From the NCBI GenBank assembly GCA_051294905.1, contig CM119373.1:684001-748000 (forward strand): 64,000 nt of DNA, in the 5' to 3' direction. This document shows positions 26,365 to 39,409 of this stretch, one piece after another (position 1 is the stretch's first letter; each line of letters opens with the position of its first letter). The stretch is from Botryllus schlosseri (lineage: Eukaryota). The notes beneath the pieces were generated by a model. The model did no database searches. It saw nothing but the letters and a program-made list of their open reading frames with translations, and was not told the DNA's origin. A program made the translations under genes and the position numbers.

Positions 26365-26640
26365 AGTGTCCTGTATGGTGTCGACACAAGCAAATCTCAC
26401 GGCTCAGTGAAATTGATTCACGTCACAATTTCCATTTGGCTACAGGCAATTTGACGGTCATTTTTGACCGGCTTGCCGAGCATTAGATTTGGTAAAACGG
26501 ATATCAATCGAAAGCTTACTCTGCGCTGATTACGGAAACATAAATTTTATTTTGCTCGTGGCCCTGGAACTCCCACAATCGTCCTCGAATTTTTCATTGT
26601 TATGGAGATTCGCATTGGGACGCAACAATGCTGTCTGGCT
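26365..26640. repeat. Dispersed repeat fragment, unclassified
   Basis: Collinear with 43185-43438 (tgtcctgtatggtgtcgacac...ctgtctggc). Confidence 0.7.
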
Positions 26641-26699
26641 CTTTTGCTTTTGAGCTACTCTCTCGTTTCGCCAGACAGTCTCGTGCAAGAAAGAACTGT

Positions 26700-27438
26700 A
26701 GAGAAGTAATAAACAGCAACAAAATGACTTTTCTTGAAAATATCACCATAACATATGTTTAATTTGGAATACCTTTTTAAAATTCAAACCGACTTTTGCA
26801 GCTGCATTCCCTGCAATATATGGTTGTGTCTCGAAATTCCGAGCCTTCGATTTGTGTGAACGAGCACGGAAATCCATTTCCACAAAGATAGGTGGTGGCG
26901 AATGTAATATTAATGCATAACGACACCTTTCGGTATGGTTACAACATACATGACACCAAATTTGAGAAACATATTTTTTATTGAACTTACAAGCTAGACA
27001 TTCCGATCTATAGCAGCTCATCGTGAAGCGATTCTTGAAAAGTGGATTCCTTGGCGAGGTGTTAATTCGTCTATTTGAACAGATCAAGAGAGTTGTAATT
27101 TCTATTTTAAACGGCTGTTTCACTAATTTGCTGGGACTGACAACTTCAAATCTTGTCGTCCTGATTGACCTTACTACTTCAACTTTTTATTTTTTCAACA
27201 AACCCCGACAAAACATCTCTGAACAGTATATGTTTGTATCAGAAGGTTATTGGCAATTTGGCAATTAAAATGAGTATACACGGTAGGATATTACTTCTCA
27301 GACGGCCATTCTGTTGTTATCAGTTGAGTGATTTCTCTCATTTAAAAAATACAAATTAAGGTTTCAATCATTTTCCAAATTTGGAGGCTTCGCGGACCCC
27401 CTGAAAATGCTTCGCGGACCTCCAGTTGAGAACCACTG
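26700..27438 (-). mobile_element. Buster-like hAT fragment (same family as 321-2332)
   Basis: Ends cccctgaaaatgcttcgcggacc..gttgagaaccactg. Minus-strand remnant ..HKSKARNF.. Confidence 0.75.
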
Positions 27439-28159
27439 GTATAATGTATATGAATATTGCCCCTGCCAAGTGTCAGCCGAAAATATTCCGGTTGATTTCA
27501 ATATCAATCAATATACTATGCAAGTGTATGTTGAAGTTCTGTACGTTAAGGAAGATTCGTTGAATAAAGCATTGTTTTTAGTCCTATTTTCCCAGGACCA
27601 CGCGGGCTCATTTTCTTGCTTGGTCATTATATTCTGTCAAGCGTCTTTCGGGTCAAAAGGTTGCGTTTGATCTATACCGACCTTAAATATTCACTGTCAA
27701 GATTAGACAGATTCCAGCGCCTTACAAGTAGCATAGCCTTTATTTATAAGGGCTATGCTAGTAGCCACCCGATCATTTATAGTGCAACGGAGAACAGTGC
27801 TGTGATACGCAGACTGTCGTGGGATTCACCAGACCGCCTTGCCTCGCTTTGGGATTCATTGTAAAAAAAATCACAGCTGGTGTATAATAAGCTCCCAGCT
27901 GTCACCAAGCTTTAGACGGTACAGTGTGCACTGTGCAGTGCAAGAGCTAATTCACAGCTGCTGTATAATCGCCTCCCTACTGATATCGTACTTTAACAGA
28001 TGGCAATTTACCTCGCCTGGATATACAGAGCTAGTTTTACTTCTTTCATGGAAGCGCATGGAAATATATGCGATGAACAGTCGGCTATGCGTATCAGTTG
28101 AGGTCGAGTAAGCGACTGTCGTCGAACATGTTGGATTGTGGCCGCATCATGCTTTAGTT

Positions 28160-30366
28160 CAGTGTTTTTCAACCTGTTTGACGGTTCTCACTGGTGCGAA
28201 TGACGAAGGTGGTGCGAATGGTGCAAATGAAAATCGTCGAATAATTGTTAATTTATCTGACGTGGAATATTTCAAATAAACCTAATAGGAAATTCAATGG
28301 CATTGTAACTGTTGTAGTTGGGACGCAATTGTAAACACTTGTTTAACATTGAAACACCACTAATCATAGCTCTAACAAGCCTTAGTGAATAAATATTTTC
28401 GCACTATAATTATTACGTAATCAAAAACCTGGTTTGGAAGCTGGTGAAGCTGCAGGCAGACATATACAGTGTATCGGCCTGTCAGAGCTTGCGACAGGCC
28501 GGAAAAATGACGTCGAATTCACTTTGCTTTCTTTCGCTAAACTTTCATCATATTTTCGTAATGTCTATTTGATAAGTGCGAGGCACGAGGATAGTACTAA
28601 ATACCGTCATTACAGACTCACATTTGCAATTTACTGTAACGCAAATTTTTACCCCTTCAAGGGTTGTTAAAGTATGGACCGCATGGGTATAATTTTATGT
28701 CGACACGGTGCGAGAGCTATCTTTTAATATGTATGTAATATATTGCAAAAATCCTGCGAGAGTTTTTACATATCTTAAGTACTGTACTGGGTACTGTAGG
28801 CAATAATCGAAACATGCAGAAAATATGGTTTGATCATGAGAATCAGCCGGCCTTTGGTTTGAATTCATGATAAGATTCGTCCGAATGTTTGTTTTTTCTT
28901 CTGGAAAATGTGCCCGAAGACCATTGGGATGAACTAGTGTAGGCGTAGGGGTGTGCAACGAGCAATTTCAGGCCTATGAGACTCATTCATTTCAAAGTCA
29001 ACTCCTTATGCATCGGGGCACATGAAGACATGAAGTTAAGTTTTGGCCAACATACCGCTGATAAAATGCAGTGCCGCAGCTAAAATACGGTGTCAAAACA
29101 TCAGCGACAATACCTTGGCCCGAAATGACCGCTTGATGGCCAAACCTTTCGATACGGAATAGTCCTGTTTTCGTAATCTTAGTAGACAGTAGTTCAAGTG
29201 CGACGCGCAGAGGAATTAACTTCACCCCAATTAGAAATTACGTACGCCAGACATATTTTAAAGAGCTGTATTGGGTAGAACTGTGGTGTGTGCGTTCTGT
29301 ATGTAAAATAAAAAATGTAAAATCGTAGCATAGTAGGCTACTGTGATACTAAGAGGATTTCGTTTTCATGGGTGAGGCTCGGGTCCCGAGATGACATAAA
29401 AATTCAGATTTTGGTGGTAGTCTAACAAGCTATAGTTATTAACCTGGCCATCCAAGCAGCGTTGATGTACAAAATCCAACAATAACTTGTTCGGTCGAGA
29501 AGCGTTTTAGTGAAATAGTGTAAATCAAAACGAGGGAAAAGAGTTGCCTTTTCAATGAGACACTTCATGGCCTAAAGCTATAGTACAGGGTTGTAACCAA
29601 GTCACAAGGCTCCGAGTCACAAGTCAATCTCACTTTTTTTAGTTTTTTTCAATTCGCCACCTAGTCATGTCCGATTCCAATTCATCGAGCAGAGGTTCGA
29701 GTCCGAGTCATGTATGACTCGAGTACGAGTCCAAGTCATTGTGGTTACGGCTCAGTTTTCAGATAAAGTCCGGTTAAACCCACTGTTATAACTCTGTTCG
29801 GTGATATTGAATGGTTCGCATTAATAATATACTAATTTTCCTCACTTATAATAGTTTCTGGTCGCACTTTCAAGTACCAGTGCCACTCTGTTTGGTGATA
29901 TCGAATGGTTCGCATTTATAATATACTAATTTTCCTCACTTTTAATAGTTTCTGGTCGCACTTTCAAGTACCAGTACCAATAGACGAACTCCCAATAGGT
30001 TGGTTATACTTTACTACTCTTAGAAATTACAATGAAACCTCGCTCTTGGCCGTCTGGGTCTCGAGTCATGCGTAAGGACTCGAGTCCACGTCGAGCCAAT
30101 ACACATATTGACTCGAGTCGAGTCATTTCCGTATTTTGAGAAAATGACTCGAATCAAGTCGGATCATCAGAAAATCGTGACTCGAGTCTGACTTGAGTCG
30201 AGTCATTACAACCCTGCTATTGTAGCCAATTTGTTGCGCATCTGAACAGAGCATTCCTAAGTATCTTCATCTTCTTTTTGTATAACAATTTTCGGTTGGC
30301 ATGTGCGAATGAAATTTATTTTCAAAAAAGAGTGCGAATGAAGTTCAAAAAGGTTGAAAAGCACTG
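28160..30366 (+). mobile_element. hAT element inserted upstream of protease copy A
   Basis: TIR cagtgtttttcaacct / aggttgaaaagcactg, TSD ctttagtt/ctttagag. Absent from the paralogous segment near 39970. A remnant PTITCSVEKRFS..IKT..LFNETLHGL lies at about 29475-29575. Confidence 0.75.
29586..30216. mobile_element. hAT MITE (CAGGGTTGTAA family) with an internal tandem duplication of about 95 bp
   Basis: TSD ctatagta/ctattgta, gactc arrays, and a duplicated unit at about 29790-29980. Confidence 0.85.
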
Positions 30367-30823
30367 CTTTAGAGTTAATATTTACCAAGATTCCATTGTG
30401 GTTACCAGCGTGTTTCATTACTTCAGGACAGTGTGGACAGACTTGTATATAAACTACCAATTTAGATTTTTTACGGTCAATTGAATAGCCTACTGTTGTT
30501 TTGATTTTCCGAGCTGAGTATAACTATAGTTATGGTTGTGCATTTTGAAGATCCAGTGGTTTGTGTCAGAAGTTTGTGCAAGCTTTTGCTTCAGATTTCA
30601 CCTAGGATTCGCTGCGGATCATCCGTAATTTGCTTGTCGTGTGCGAAATTCCTGTAAAATCCGGTCGGTGTACGGCATCACGTTCGTGGTGCAGAAGACT
30701 TAATAATCTCCACTCTGTTAACATCGTGTTATTTGTTTTATCATCTCAATGTCCGCCCAGGTGTAAGGACGTCCACACTATCAATAACTCAAGAGTAGAG
30801 TAGAAGCATCAGACAAGCACACC

Positions 30824-31414
30824 ATGTTATATTCAGCAGCAAGAAATAATCCTTGCAAAAGCCGCGGATCAGCGAGTGACTCAGCCCACGCCAAATCGCG
30901 TGCTGGATTCCGAAGAAATTACACCCATCACTCGCCGACAGATTTTTTTGGAATCCTGTGTGATAGCGGCGCATCTTTTCATGTGAGTCCGAGGAAGGAA
31001 TTATTTCTCAACCTAAGACCTTGCAACGAGAAAGTTGAAATAGCTGATGGAAGAGTTCTTGCTGCCGAATGGAAAGGAACTCTTCGGATCGTTGTATACA
31101 GAAATGGCGAAGAGTATGGGATGGCCAATTTACGAAATGCACTGTACATACCGGCGTTGTCGACAACTCTATTTTCTGTCCGAGCATTTACTGCCAATAA
31201 CAACTATGAAGTTATATTTAACTCGGACCAGTGCCTGATTTGGAATCGAAGCGACGGGCAGACCATTGCAACCGGAACATTGAAGAATGGCCAATACATG
31301 TTGGACTATCGCACGTGCACGGAGAGGGAGATGGAGGAAGGCCTATCATCGAGGAACAGAAATAGCGAAACCGTTTGCCTCGATTTCGAAATTGCACGGA
31401 ATGCACGCACCTGA
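30824..31414 (+). CDS. Stand-alone Ty1/copia-type aspartic protease (copy A, 196 aa)
   Basis: CDSGASFH catalytic motif, then IADG..KG, LRNALYIPAL..TLFSV and IATGTLKNGQYML, the copia protease pattern. Start context caccATG. aataaa at about 31522. Confidence 0.75.
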   Translation: MLYSAARNNPCKSRGSASDSAHAKSRAGFRRNYTHHSPTDFFGILCDSGASFHVSPRKELFLNLRPCNEKVEIADGRVLAAEWKGTLRIVVYRNGEEYGMANLRNALYIPALSTTLFSVRAFTANNNYEVIFNSDQCLIWNRSDGQTIATGTLKNGQYMLDYRTCTEREMEEGLSSRNRNSETVCLDFEIARNART

Positions 31415-32049
31415 TATAGAACGTATAGTTCGTTACAAGAGTGTCAGCCAAAAACATTTCGGTATATTCGAACAGGAATATATTTTCAGTTGTATAGTAA
31501 CGATAATTATATAACTATGTCAATAAAAGGATTACTGAACTAATTTCTGTATTTTATGTCTCTTGACAGTAGTTAAGTCATAGCTTTGTCGTGAAGCAGA
31601 AGCTCAGCGTGCGAGTGAGCAAAGATAGTCAGTCGTACAAAGCAATAATATAAAACCCGATATAAATAACTTTCCCGTATTGCCAATCACAGATGTGAAT
31701 TCGGGTTGTATACATCGGACTCGAATCAGATATATCAGCCCGTACCCGAGGGTGGTTATGTAAAGACATAAATTCGATCAAGAATATAGCACATATGTAT
31801 CGTTTATTAGTCGGGTGGTCCTCACTCGCGATGCCAGCGCGAAATACTCCCAATAGTAAAGTCTTAACCTGAAAAGACTGACCGGTCTTCTCTTACCCAT
31901 TGTTTTTTACTACAATCTTCAAAACGTGGGGGCAGGCCTACGCAATTTATGAAAGAGGGTGTTGGAGGAAAAAAGGTTACGAACCATTGATCTGGAATCT
32001 AGGGGTTGTGTGACCTGATCTGGAATCTAGATGTTGTGTGACTGCAGGT

Positions 32050-33091
32050 CTCAAGTGCGGGTCAAGCTCACAGCATAGAGTCACTAAATATATTCACAAA
32101 CGGAAAGCTGAATATTTCGATCAAACTTGTAACTAGGGCTGGGCAAAATCGAGTACCTGAGTGATTCGATTCTGAATCACGCAAAATGCTTCGAGTCGAG
32201 TCGAGTAATCGAGTATCATTCATTATGACGTCACAACAGAATGTGATATGTCAAAGTTCAAATATGTTCCTTTTATGCGACCATAAAGACGATTATTCCT
32301 GTTATCCATCACATGAAAGATACTTTGGTATTTTTCGACCATGCCGATTTCATGGCATTTGGTGACAATGTTGTGAGATGATCATGACTTTGGAAATGAG
32401 TTATTTCCAGTAACGTTCGTAGCTTTGTACTATATGTTTCATATGTTACGATACGGCCAGTCCAGGTTTCAAGGCTTCGACAGTGAAAATTAGTATCGAA
32501 ACTATAATTCTCGCTGATAAATTACCTTGCAGCGGCGAGGAGAGTATAATTTCAGTACTCGAAAATATCGTCTTTTACTACTCGACTCGAATCATTAAAA
32601 TTATACTCGATTCAGATTCGAGTACTCGAATCATTGTGCCCAGCCCTACTTGTAACAAAGCAAGTAGAATATTTGAGATTGGCAAGGTGCATGCCCGTTT
32701 AGCGTTGGCAAGGTGCACGCCCGTTTAGCGTTGCTTTTTTTGTGCTACCAGCATCGTGCAGTGAGTGGTCCGAAGTTGAAAAGAAAGAACCTCAACCAAA
32801 GATGTTATAATGGCGTGAAAAATTGTAATACATGAAAGGGTGCACATGCACAGTGCAGAACTTATGCCAAGGTTCGTTTGAATACGCCAGCCAGTAAATT
32901 TAAAGGCTCGCTGTGAACGTGAGCCTCTAAATTTCAAGGTTCGTTTGTGAACGTGAACCCCTAAATTTCAAGGTTCGTTCGTGAACGTGAATCTCTAAAT
33001 TTCAAGGCTCGTTTGCGAACGTGAACCTCTAAATTTTTGAGGTTCACCTTCAGAACGCAAACGTGAACTTCACACGTTCACACCATTCCTG
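32050..33091 (+). mobile_element. Right half of a TAGGGATGGTGTGAAC-family element with an expanded 34-bp subterminal repeat
   Basis: Ends gttcacaccattcctg. gtgaacgtgaacctctaaatttcaaggttcgttt occurs about 4 times at 32910-33045. Confidence 0.75.
32134..32648. mobile_element. hAT (Ac-like) MITE, TAGGGCTGGGCA ends
   Basis: Perfect TSD cttgtaac. TIR tagggctgggca / tgcccagcccta. An orphan right end lies at 41645-41718. Confidence 0.9.
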
Positions 33092-33493
33092 GTGGACAAT
33101 ACATCCAATAACTACAAAATACACTTACTTTACAGCAATGACTCCAAACGTGTCAGCAATTATGAGAGAACGTAATGGCTGCTAAGATGGGATGCTTTTA
33201 GTCTTCGGGTCCGCTCTGAACAGGCTGGGAGCCCGACCCTATTAGAACCTGGTATTTTGGCCCTGGGTGTTTTCAAGTAGGACATGCGGGAAACCTGTGA
33301 CTCTGTGAAGTGCACTCCTTAAAATGATTGGCGGCCAAAACCTTCGATATTGATATGGCCACTTTGTGCAGGACATTGTATGTAATGTTATGTTAAGGAA
33401 GTCTGGTATGGAACGAAATTTCGGTGTGGAATATGGAAATACGCAAGTATGGTAAATCAAGCAAGTGCTCTCAAGTGCTTGGAAATTTCCAAT

Positions 33494-34270
33494 CAGGACC
33501 GTAACAGCACTTCGTCGCGATGGAGCCCAGATAAACATTTGGCTGTGTTGTTTAGTGAGTTAGCTGATTTCGCCTAAATGCGCCAAGCGCAAAAACTTTC
33601 TATAATTCATGATGGAATCGGTCAATATTATCGTGAATTGCATACATATTGCTATATATTATTTATCCTCTCTCTGTTCACGTAATCAGATTTACTGGTA
33701 TAATAGAGCTGGGCGAGGTGTGTTGGAAAAGGTACGACTCCTAAAATATCATGAAACATCATCGGGCGGACCCGTTGGTATAATGCCTTAGTTACATGAT
33801 GATAATTCGTGACCTCTTCTTATCGGCTATGTCAAACGATAATTAAATCGCTCAAACTTTCAAACTAAAAGACGCACACGGTTTCAAATTGGTATTTCTT
33901 TACTGGCCACTAATTTTTCCCTTCGAGATGGCATTTGTCTTGTGGGGTTCAGATCGCCAGGACAGGGTCATTCGGCGACAGCTATTTAGCGCCTTTGTCC
34001 AATTATACATTATATATATATATATCGAAGTTTTCTGTCAGAACAAGAGCAGTCCTTTTCGGCCAAGGTATTCTCGCTGCTGCTCGTTCTGGCACACTTC
34101 TCGGTGTCGAATGTTATATGGCCTATAACCTCATATGTCTTGGTGCGTCGTGGCGCGGTAACGTGTGTGTGTTTTGTCAGGGGAAGGGTACAAGGGTATC
34201 CAATAATCATGATATCTGGTAAGATTAAATCGCGCACGGCGCGAAAAAGATTTGAAACAGTTGCATAAAT
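33494..34270 (+). mobile_element. CAGGGCCGTAAC-family fragment
   Basis: Starts caggaccgtaacagcacttcgtc. Collinear with parts of 8665-9850. Confidence 0.75.
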
Positions 34271-34353
34271 TAATAAACGCGAACGTGAACCTCATGACGC
34301 CACGTGACCTCATATTACTAATTCCAACCCTACACTTCAGTGATGGTCTATAT

Positions 34354-36153
34354 CAGTGGTTCTTAATTTGATTTTGAAGGGGGCGGAAACGCTCAGGGGG
34401 CGATATGGGGGGCGCTGGAGAAAAATAGCTTCGCAGTAGATGATGTGCTGGTGGGACATATCCCTAATGAGTATTCAGGGCACATTAACACCGAAAACTT
34501 CGACATATAGGTTTAGTTGTCCATGGGCGCCTAAATGACTGGCACCGAATGTTATTGTCTTCGCAATCTGAACCCCAGAAGACGAATTCCATCTGGCAGG
34601 GAAAAATTACATGCCAGTGAAGAAATCCCAATTTGAAATCGTGTGCGTCTTTTAGGTTAGTACGATTGGGCGAAAGGGATATCTAAAGCTAGATATTCCT
34701 GTTGGGCGATATCCCTGTTGTGCGATTCTATATTTTAGATATATAGAAGACAGGAGGTCACGAAATAACATAATGCAACGAAGTCATACCAACGGGTTCG
34801 CCCGCCGAATATGTTTAATTATTAGTTACGGGCCCTACAGTTTCCAAGACACCTCACAATGTTCGCTCTACGTTTTGACGAGTCTGCGCACACTCAACAA
34901 CTCACTGCGCAGACCCTTGGATAACAGTGCGTAACGACTAAAAAAAGGTCATAACTTCGGATTTGTTGTGCGCAACGTAGATTTTCTGTGCGCAGAGACC
35001 GTGTCAGCACTGCGCACGTGCGCAGCTTAAAGGGAACATTGCACCTCACTCACCTCTAACGGTAAATCTGGTAACGTGAGCAGAGAGGACAAGAAATTGA
35101 TTGCAATATATATGCAATTCCCGATCTTACTGACCGATTTTATCATGAATTATCGAAAGTTTTTGCGCTTCGCACTGGCTCGCTAAACAGTACAGCTGAT
35201 TTCGTGGCTAAAGCGAACAACGTGATGGGGGCGGTCGGTTTATCACCCTATGGGAGCCCAAGACCCAAGTTTTTTCATGGGGGCTGACGAAGTGCCGTTT
35301 CGTTCCTGCCAACGGGTATACGCCCGAAGATGTATCATTATTATTGAGGGGTCCTACCTTTTCAATTACACATCACTCAGCTCTACCGGTAAATCTGTTT
35401 ACGTGAGCAGAGAGAGGATAAAAATTGATATCAATATACATGCAATTCCCGATCATATTGACCAATTCAATCATTAATTATTTAAATTTTTCGCGCTTCG
35501 CGCGTCCAGGCGAGCATAGCTGGCTCAGTAAACGGACACCCAGTGTAGATGACTAGTGTCAGCAAATAGCGGATAGCCGAAGGAGGGTCTGGGGGCGAAG
35601 CCCCCCAGAAGTCTGGCTTATCACCCGATGGGGGGGCCAAGACCAACGTTTTTTTCGGGGGGGGGGGGCTGACGAAGTGCTGTTACGGCCCTGGTAACTA
35701 ATTAATTGTACCTACGGGCACGCCCGAATATGTTTAATTAATAATTACGTGCCCTTTATTTACCCATACAACAGCTCACTCAGCGCTACTGGTAAATCTG
35801 ATTACGTGGGCTGAGAGGATAAAAAGTTTATAGCGACTTATACACGTAATTACCACCTATTCATTCAGGCATTATAGAAAATTTTGGTACCTTAGGGCGA
35901 CCGGGCCGCACAAACATTACCTACCATCGAAATCACGCTACGGCGTTCTTGGGGGCGAAGCCCTCAGAAGTTTGGTTTATCACGCTATGGGTGCGCAAGG
36001 CAATCGTTTTTAGGGGGGTTAACGAAGTGTTGTTACGGCCGTCACTCTTAGTCATTGTCTTTATTACATTCCTTACAATATGAGGTTGGGGGGCGCTGGA
36101 GCACGATAATTTTTGAAAGGGGGTGCTGGAGGAAAAAAGGTTAAGAACCACTG
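34354..36153 (-). mobile_element. CAGTGGTTCTTAA hAT element carrying fragments of another family
   Basis: Perfect TSD gtctatat. Termini match 42218-43092, but the interior is CAGGGCCGTAAC-family sequence. Confidence 0.85.
34857..35041 (-). mobile_element. Short CAATGTTCCCTCTAA MITE
   Basis: caatgttcgctcta / taaagggaacattg, flanked by cacctca(c). Reverse copy of 14646-14824. Confidence 0.8.
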
Positions 36154-36159
36154 GTCTAT

Positions 36160-37255
36160 ATAAATGTAATCGATACCTAGCCACATAATACCACAATGCT
36201 GAAGTGCATATTGACGTTTTAAACGTCGACAAATGTATCAACTGGGGAATTCAAATGACATAATAATTCCAGAAGATCAATATCTTCAGTGACTTTGCCA
36301 ACAATTTTGACGAGGACTCACAAGGGAGTATAGGCTTACGCCTAACGGTCTAGGCCTGACCGGACAATGTATTTATTGCGCGTCTCGGTATTGCTACGTT
36401 GCTATCGAGTAGAGCAGTGGTTCTCAACCTGGAGGCGTTGAAGCTCTGAAGGGGGCGCGAAGAAGCGATCAACTGAAAAAAAATTTCCCACCTCGCGCGA
36501 TTCACCTCCGATTCACACGTGTTTCTCTATATATACACCGATTTCATATTTTTTAATTCTCTCAGCAGTTATAACCCCCATGCCATCAAAAAATCTGTTG
36601 GGGTTGACAGCATCCCGGTTGGATTTTGTGAAATGACGATAAGGAGGCGCGAAATTTTTCACTATCATAAAGGGGGCGTGTCTAAAAAAGGTTGAGAACC
36701 ACTGGAGTAGAGCGTAAAACGGGTTTCGATATACTTGCTACCGACATTACCCCATTAACAAGTTGAACAGCAGTAGCCGATACCCCAATCGCACCTAATT
36801 CGGTTTTATGATACAATAAATATATGAAGTCAAGATTGACCCCCTACGCCAGCCAGCTAGAATTTTTACATCAGACAACGATATCAATTTCATTGATTGG
36901 TTGAATAAGATTCGTTCGCTGACTACATGCAGTGTATTTCGCTCTTGATGTTCTGTGATGCGGGTCAAGCTCTCAGCAGAGAGTCGCTAAAAATTCACTA
37001 TCGGAAAACTGGATATTTCGAGCAAACTTTTGTAACGAAGCGAGTTAAATTTTTGAGATTGTCAAGGTGCGTGCTCGTTTACTGTTGATTATTTTATGCT
37101 GCCAGCGCCATCCATACGACCATAGAGTTCTCGCAGTTGAAATGCAATCTATTTCAATCAAATGATGTTATAATGAAGTGAAAATTGTAATATATGAAAA
37201 AGGTTCACAGTGCAGAACCTGAGGTTCACACACAGAACGCGAACATGAACCTCAC
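36160..37255 (+). mobile_element. TAGGGATGGTGTGAAC-family body (continues from 34270-34353)
   Basis: Collinear with 4780-4865 plus 5490-6240. Confidence 0.8.
36415..36704. mobile_element. hAT MITE
   Basis: Perfect TSD gagtagag. TIR cagtggttctcaacct / aggttgagaaccactg. Confidence 0.9.
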
Positions 37256-39409
37256 CGCAAACACTATTTATTACCTATAATTATTCTAATCTGAATATAA
37301 TAAAACGAATGATATTCGACCGTTGTCACGTTACAACTTACATTTCGCTTATAGTACCTAAACTACCAAAAATAGTTTCAAAATCATAGACTTTATGAGT
37401 GTCGCCGTTACATGAGTATCAATATCAATTTGTTGAAATTTGAGTGTCTTTTCTTGCGCTTTACTCGAATGATCATCACGTAACATCTATTTGACATAAG
37501 CATCATTGTAATTAAAAAATATGCAGCTTGTCTCGGAGCGGCGCGACACTCTGTCGGCCTTCAACTAGGGTTGCATTCGAAATAAAAACTAATTAAAAAC
37601 AAAAATGTTCAAAACAAGGCCCTAATTCGAAACATGTTTTTAAGCCATGACGTCTCGAATATTCAATTGTGACGTTATAATGGACTGGCTTGCAAATTTA
37701 GGGTAAATATAGCTCAGATCTATAACTGTTGAACCGGCTATTTTGAGGGCTTCAACCATCCCATATCGTTATACGTTGACTAAATCGGGTGGTAATTGTC
37801 CGTAGGCTCATACAACATGTATTTTGGAAAGTATTTACACCGTTAGTTTTAAATGCAACCGTAACTCCAACACGAATTGTAACTTCATTAAATCTGATTA
37901 GAAGAATGGACCCCCTGACATTGGCTAATGGAGACAATAAGTATGACCTTCACACTGGTGTAGGAATCGAATATAGTTGATCCGCTGCCCCAAAATCAAT
38001 AATGATTGTTGCGATGTAAAATTGTATTCCAAGATATATAATCGAACGGGACAATACCTTTGTTTAATGTAATTTTGTGGATGTTTAATGTAATTTTGTA
38101 GATGTTATAAGAAGATGAATTCTCCATATTACTGCTCGCAGTGTGTTGCCACACTAGTTGCACATGTCATGAGAGCTCTGTTGTGCTTCCAAAATAATTC
38201 CGCTTATATGTTCGGTACAGTTTTCGATGATTAGGCAACCTACATCGCTGACATATGAAATTGGGGATGGGATTGGTGCATGAGGGCTGTTTAAACGGAT
38301 CACTTCATCCGAAATAATTAGAAAATACCGCTGGAAAATTTCCACACATCAAAATTTGAACAGTATCAGAGAGGTTGGTCAACTGTAAAAGTATGGAAAA
38401 AGTATCAAATATGGTATGGAAGAATGTTGCTATGGTATGGAAATGTAAATATGGTACATGGGACGATCCAGGCGGGTATGTAGTATCGAAATTTCCCATT
38501 CCATACCGTACCATGCCCTGACAGTGTCATCAATCCATTCTACAGCGGCGGGCACATGTTTCATGATCAAGTCACACCGTCGTAACAACGTTGGTGCGCG
38601 TGTCACTTATTGGCTATGATACCGAACTGAATACACTGAATTCGGAAACTACAAAAGCAACCACAGAATATCGTTCTTAGCGCAAATATATTTTTGCAAT
38701 AAATATTACGTACATTAAATAATAGCTCTGGTGGGGTGACGATCAGAATTTGTACCTTTCGCGTCCATACTTGGAGAACCACTGGCATAACCGATGCCAT
38801 TGCCAACTTCAGACAAGCAGTTGTTAGAATTCCTTCATTGAAACGAAATATAATCACGACAGTAAGTATATGTTTGACACGCTAGATGATAATAATTTCG
38901 AAAGTGACATGTTTCTTCACGCCGCACAAGAACGGTTGCCGACCCCTGTTGTAGTTGCGCAATTTTAAAATCCAGTGGTTTGATTGTCATCGTGTATAGT
39001 GTGTTTGTTGAAATATATTGCGACCTCTGTGATTCCAGGCAATTATAACATCAAGGCGTGTAAACACGCATCACTTCTCGTTCACACATACTGAGCAGCA
39101 ATTGCCGGTGTCTTTTATAATAGGAGTGCAATCTCATTTGCTTCGAGTAATTGTGATCGATTTTAGCCAATGTTGCTGTGGCCAGAAACTTGTAAATTTA
39201 CCCGGTTCAAACGATATAGCAGTAGATGACAATAAATAGAATCAATGGAACAAATGACTATTGGGAAGTCATGTTAACGACTGAACGGATCAGCATTTCA
39301 TTTGGTTTCAATTCAATTACCACGCGGATTGATCGAATCATCATTATCGATCAGCGTTTTCCTTTATCCGTATATATTCAATCGCTTACTTAGTTATTTC
39401 GGATTACAG

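Noticed and set aside
30400..31900. Full copia LTR retrotransposon around the protease ORF
   Set aside because: No TG...CA LTR pair, PBS, gag knuckle, integrase or RT motifs were seen on either side of either copy.
24783..31989. Single large element bounded by the TIRs at 24783 and 31989, enclosing protease copy A
   Set aside because: Both are left-type ends and their flanks (gcctagat vs atctggaa) do not form a direct TSD.
33369..38520. Old CAGGGCATGG hAT element spanning this interval
   Set aside because: The right end is clear, but the left end is decayed and the TSD matches only 5/8. Insufficient support.
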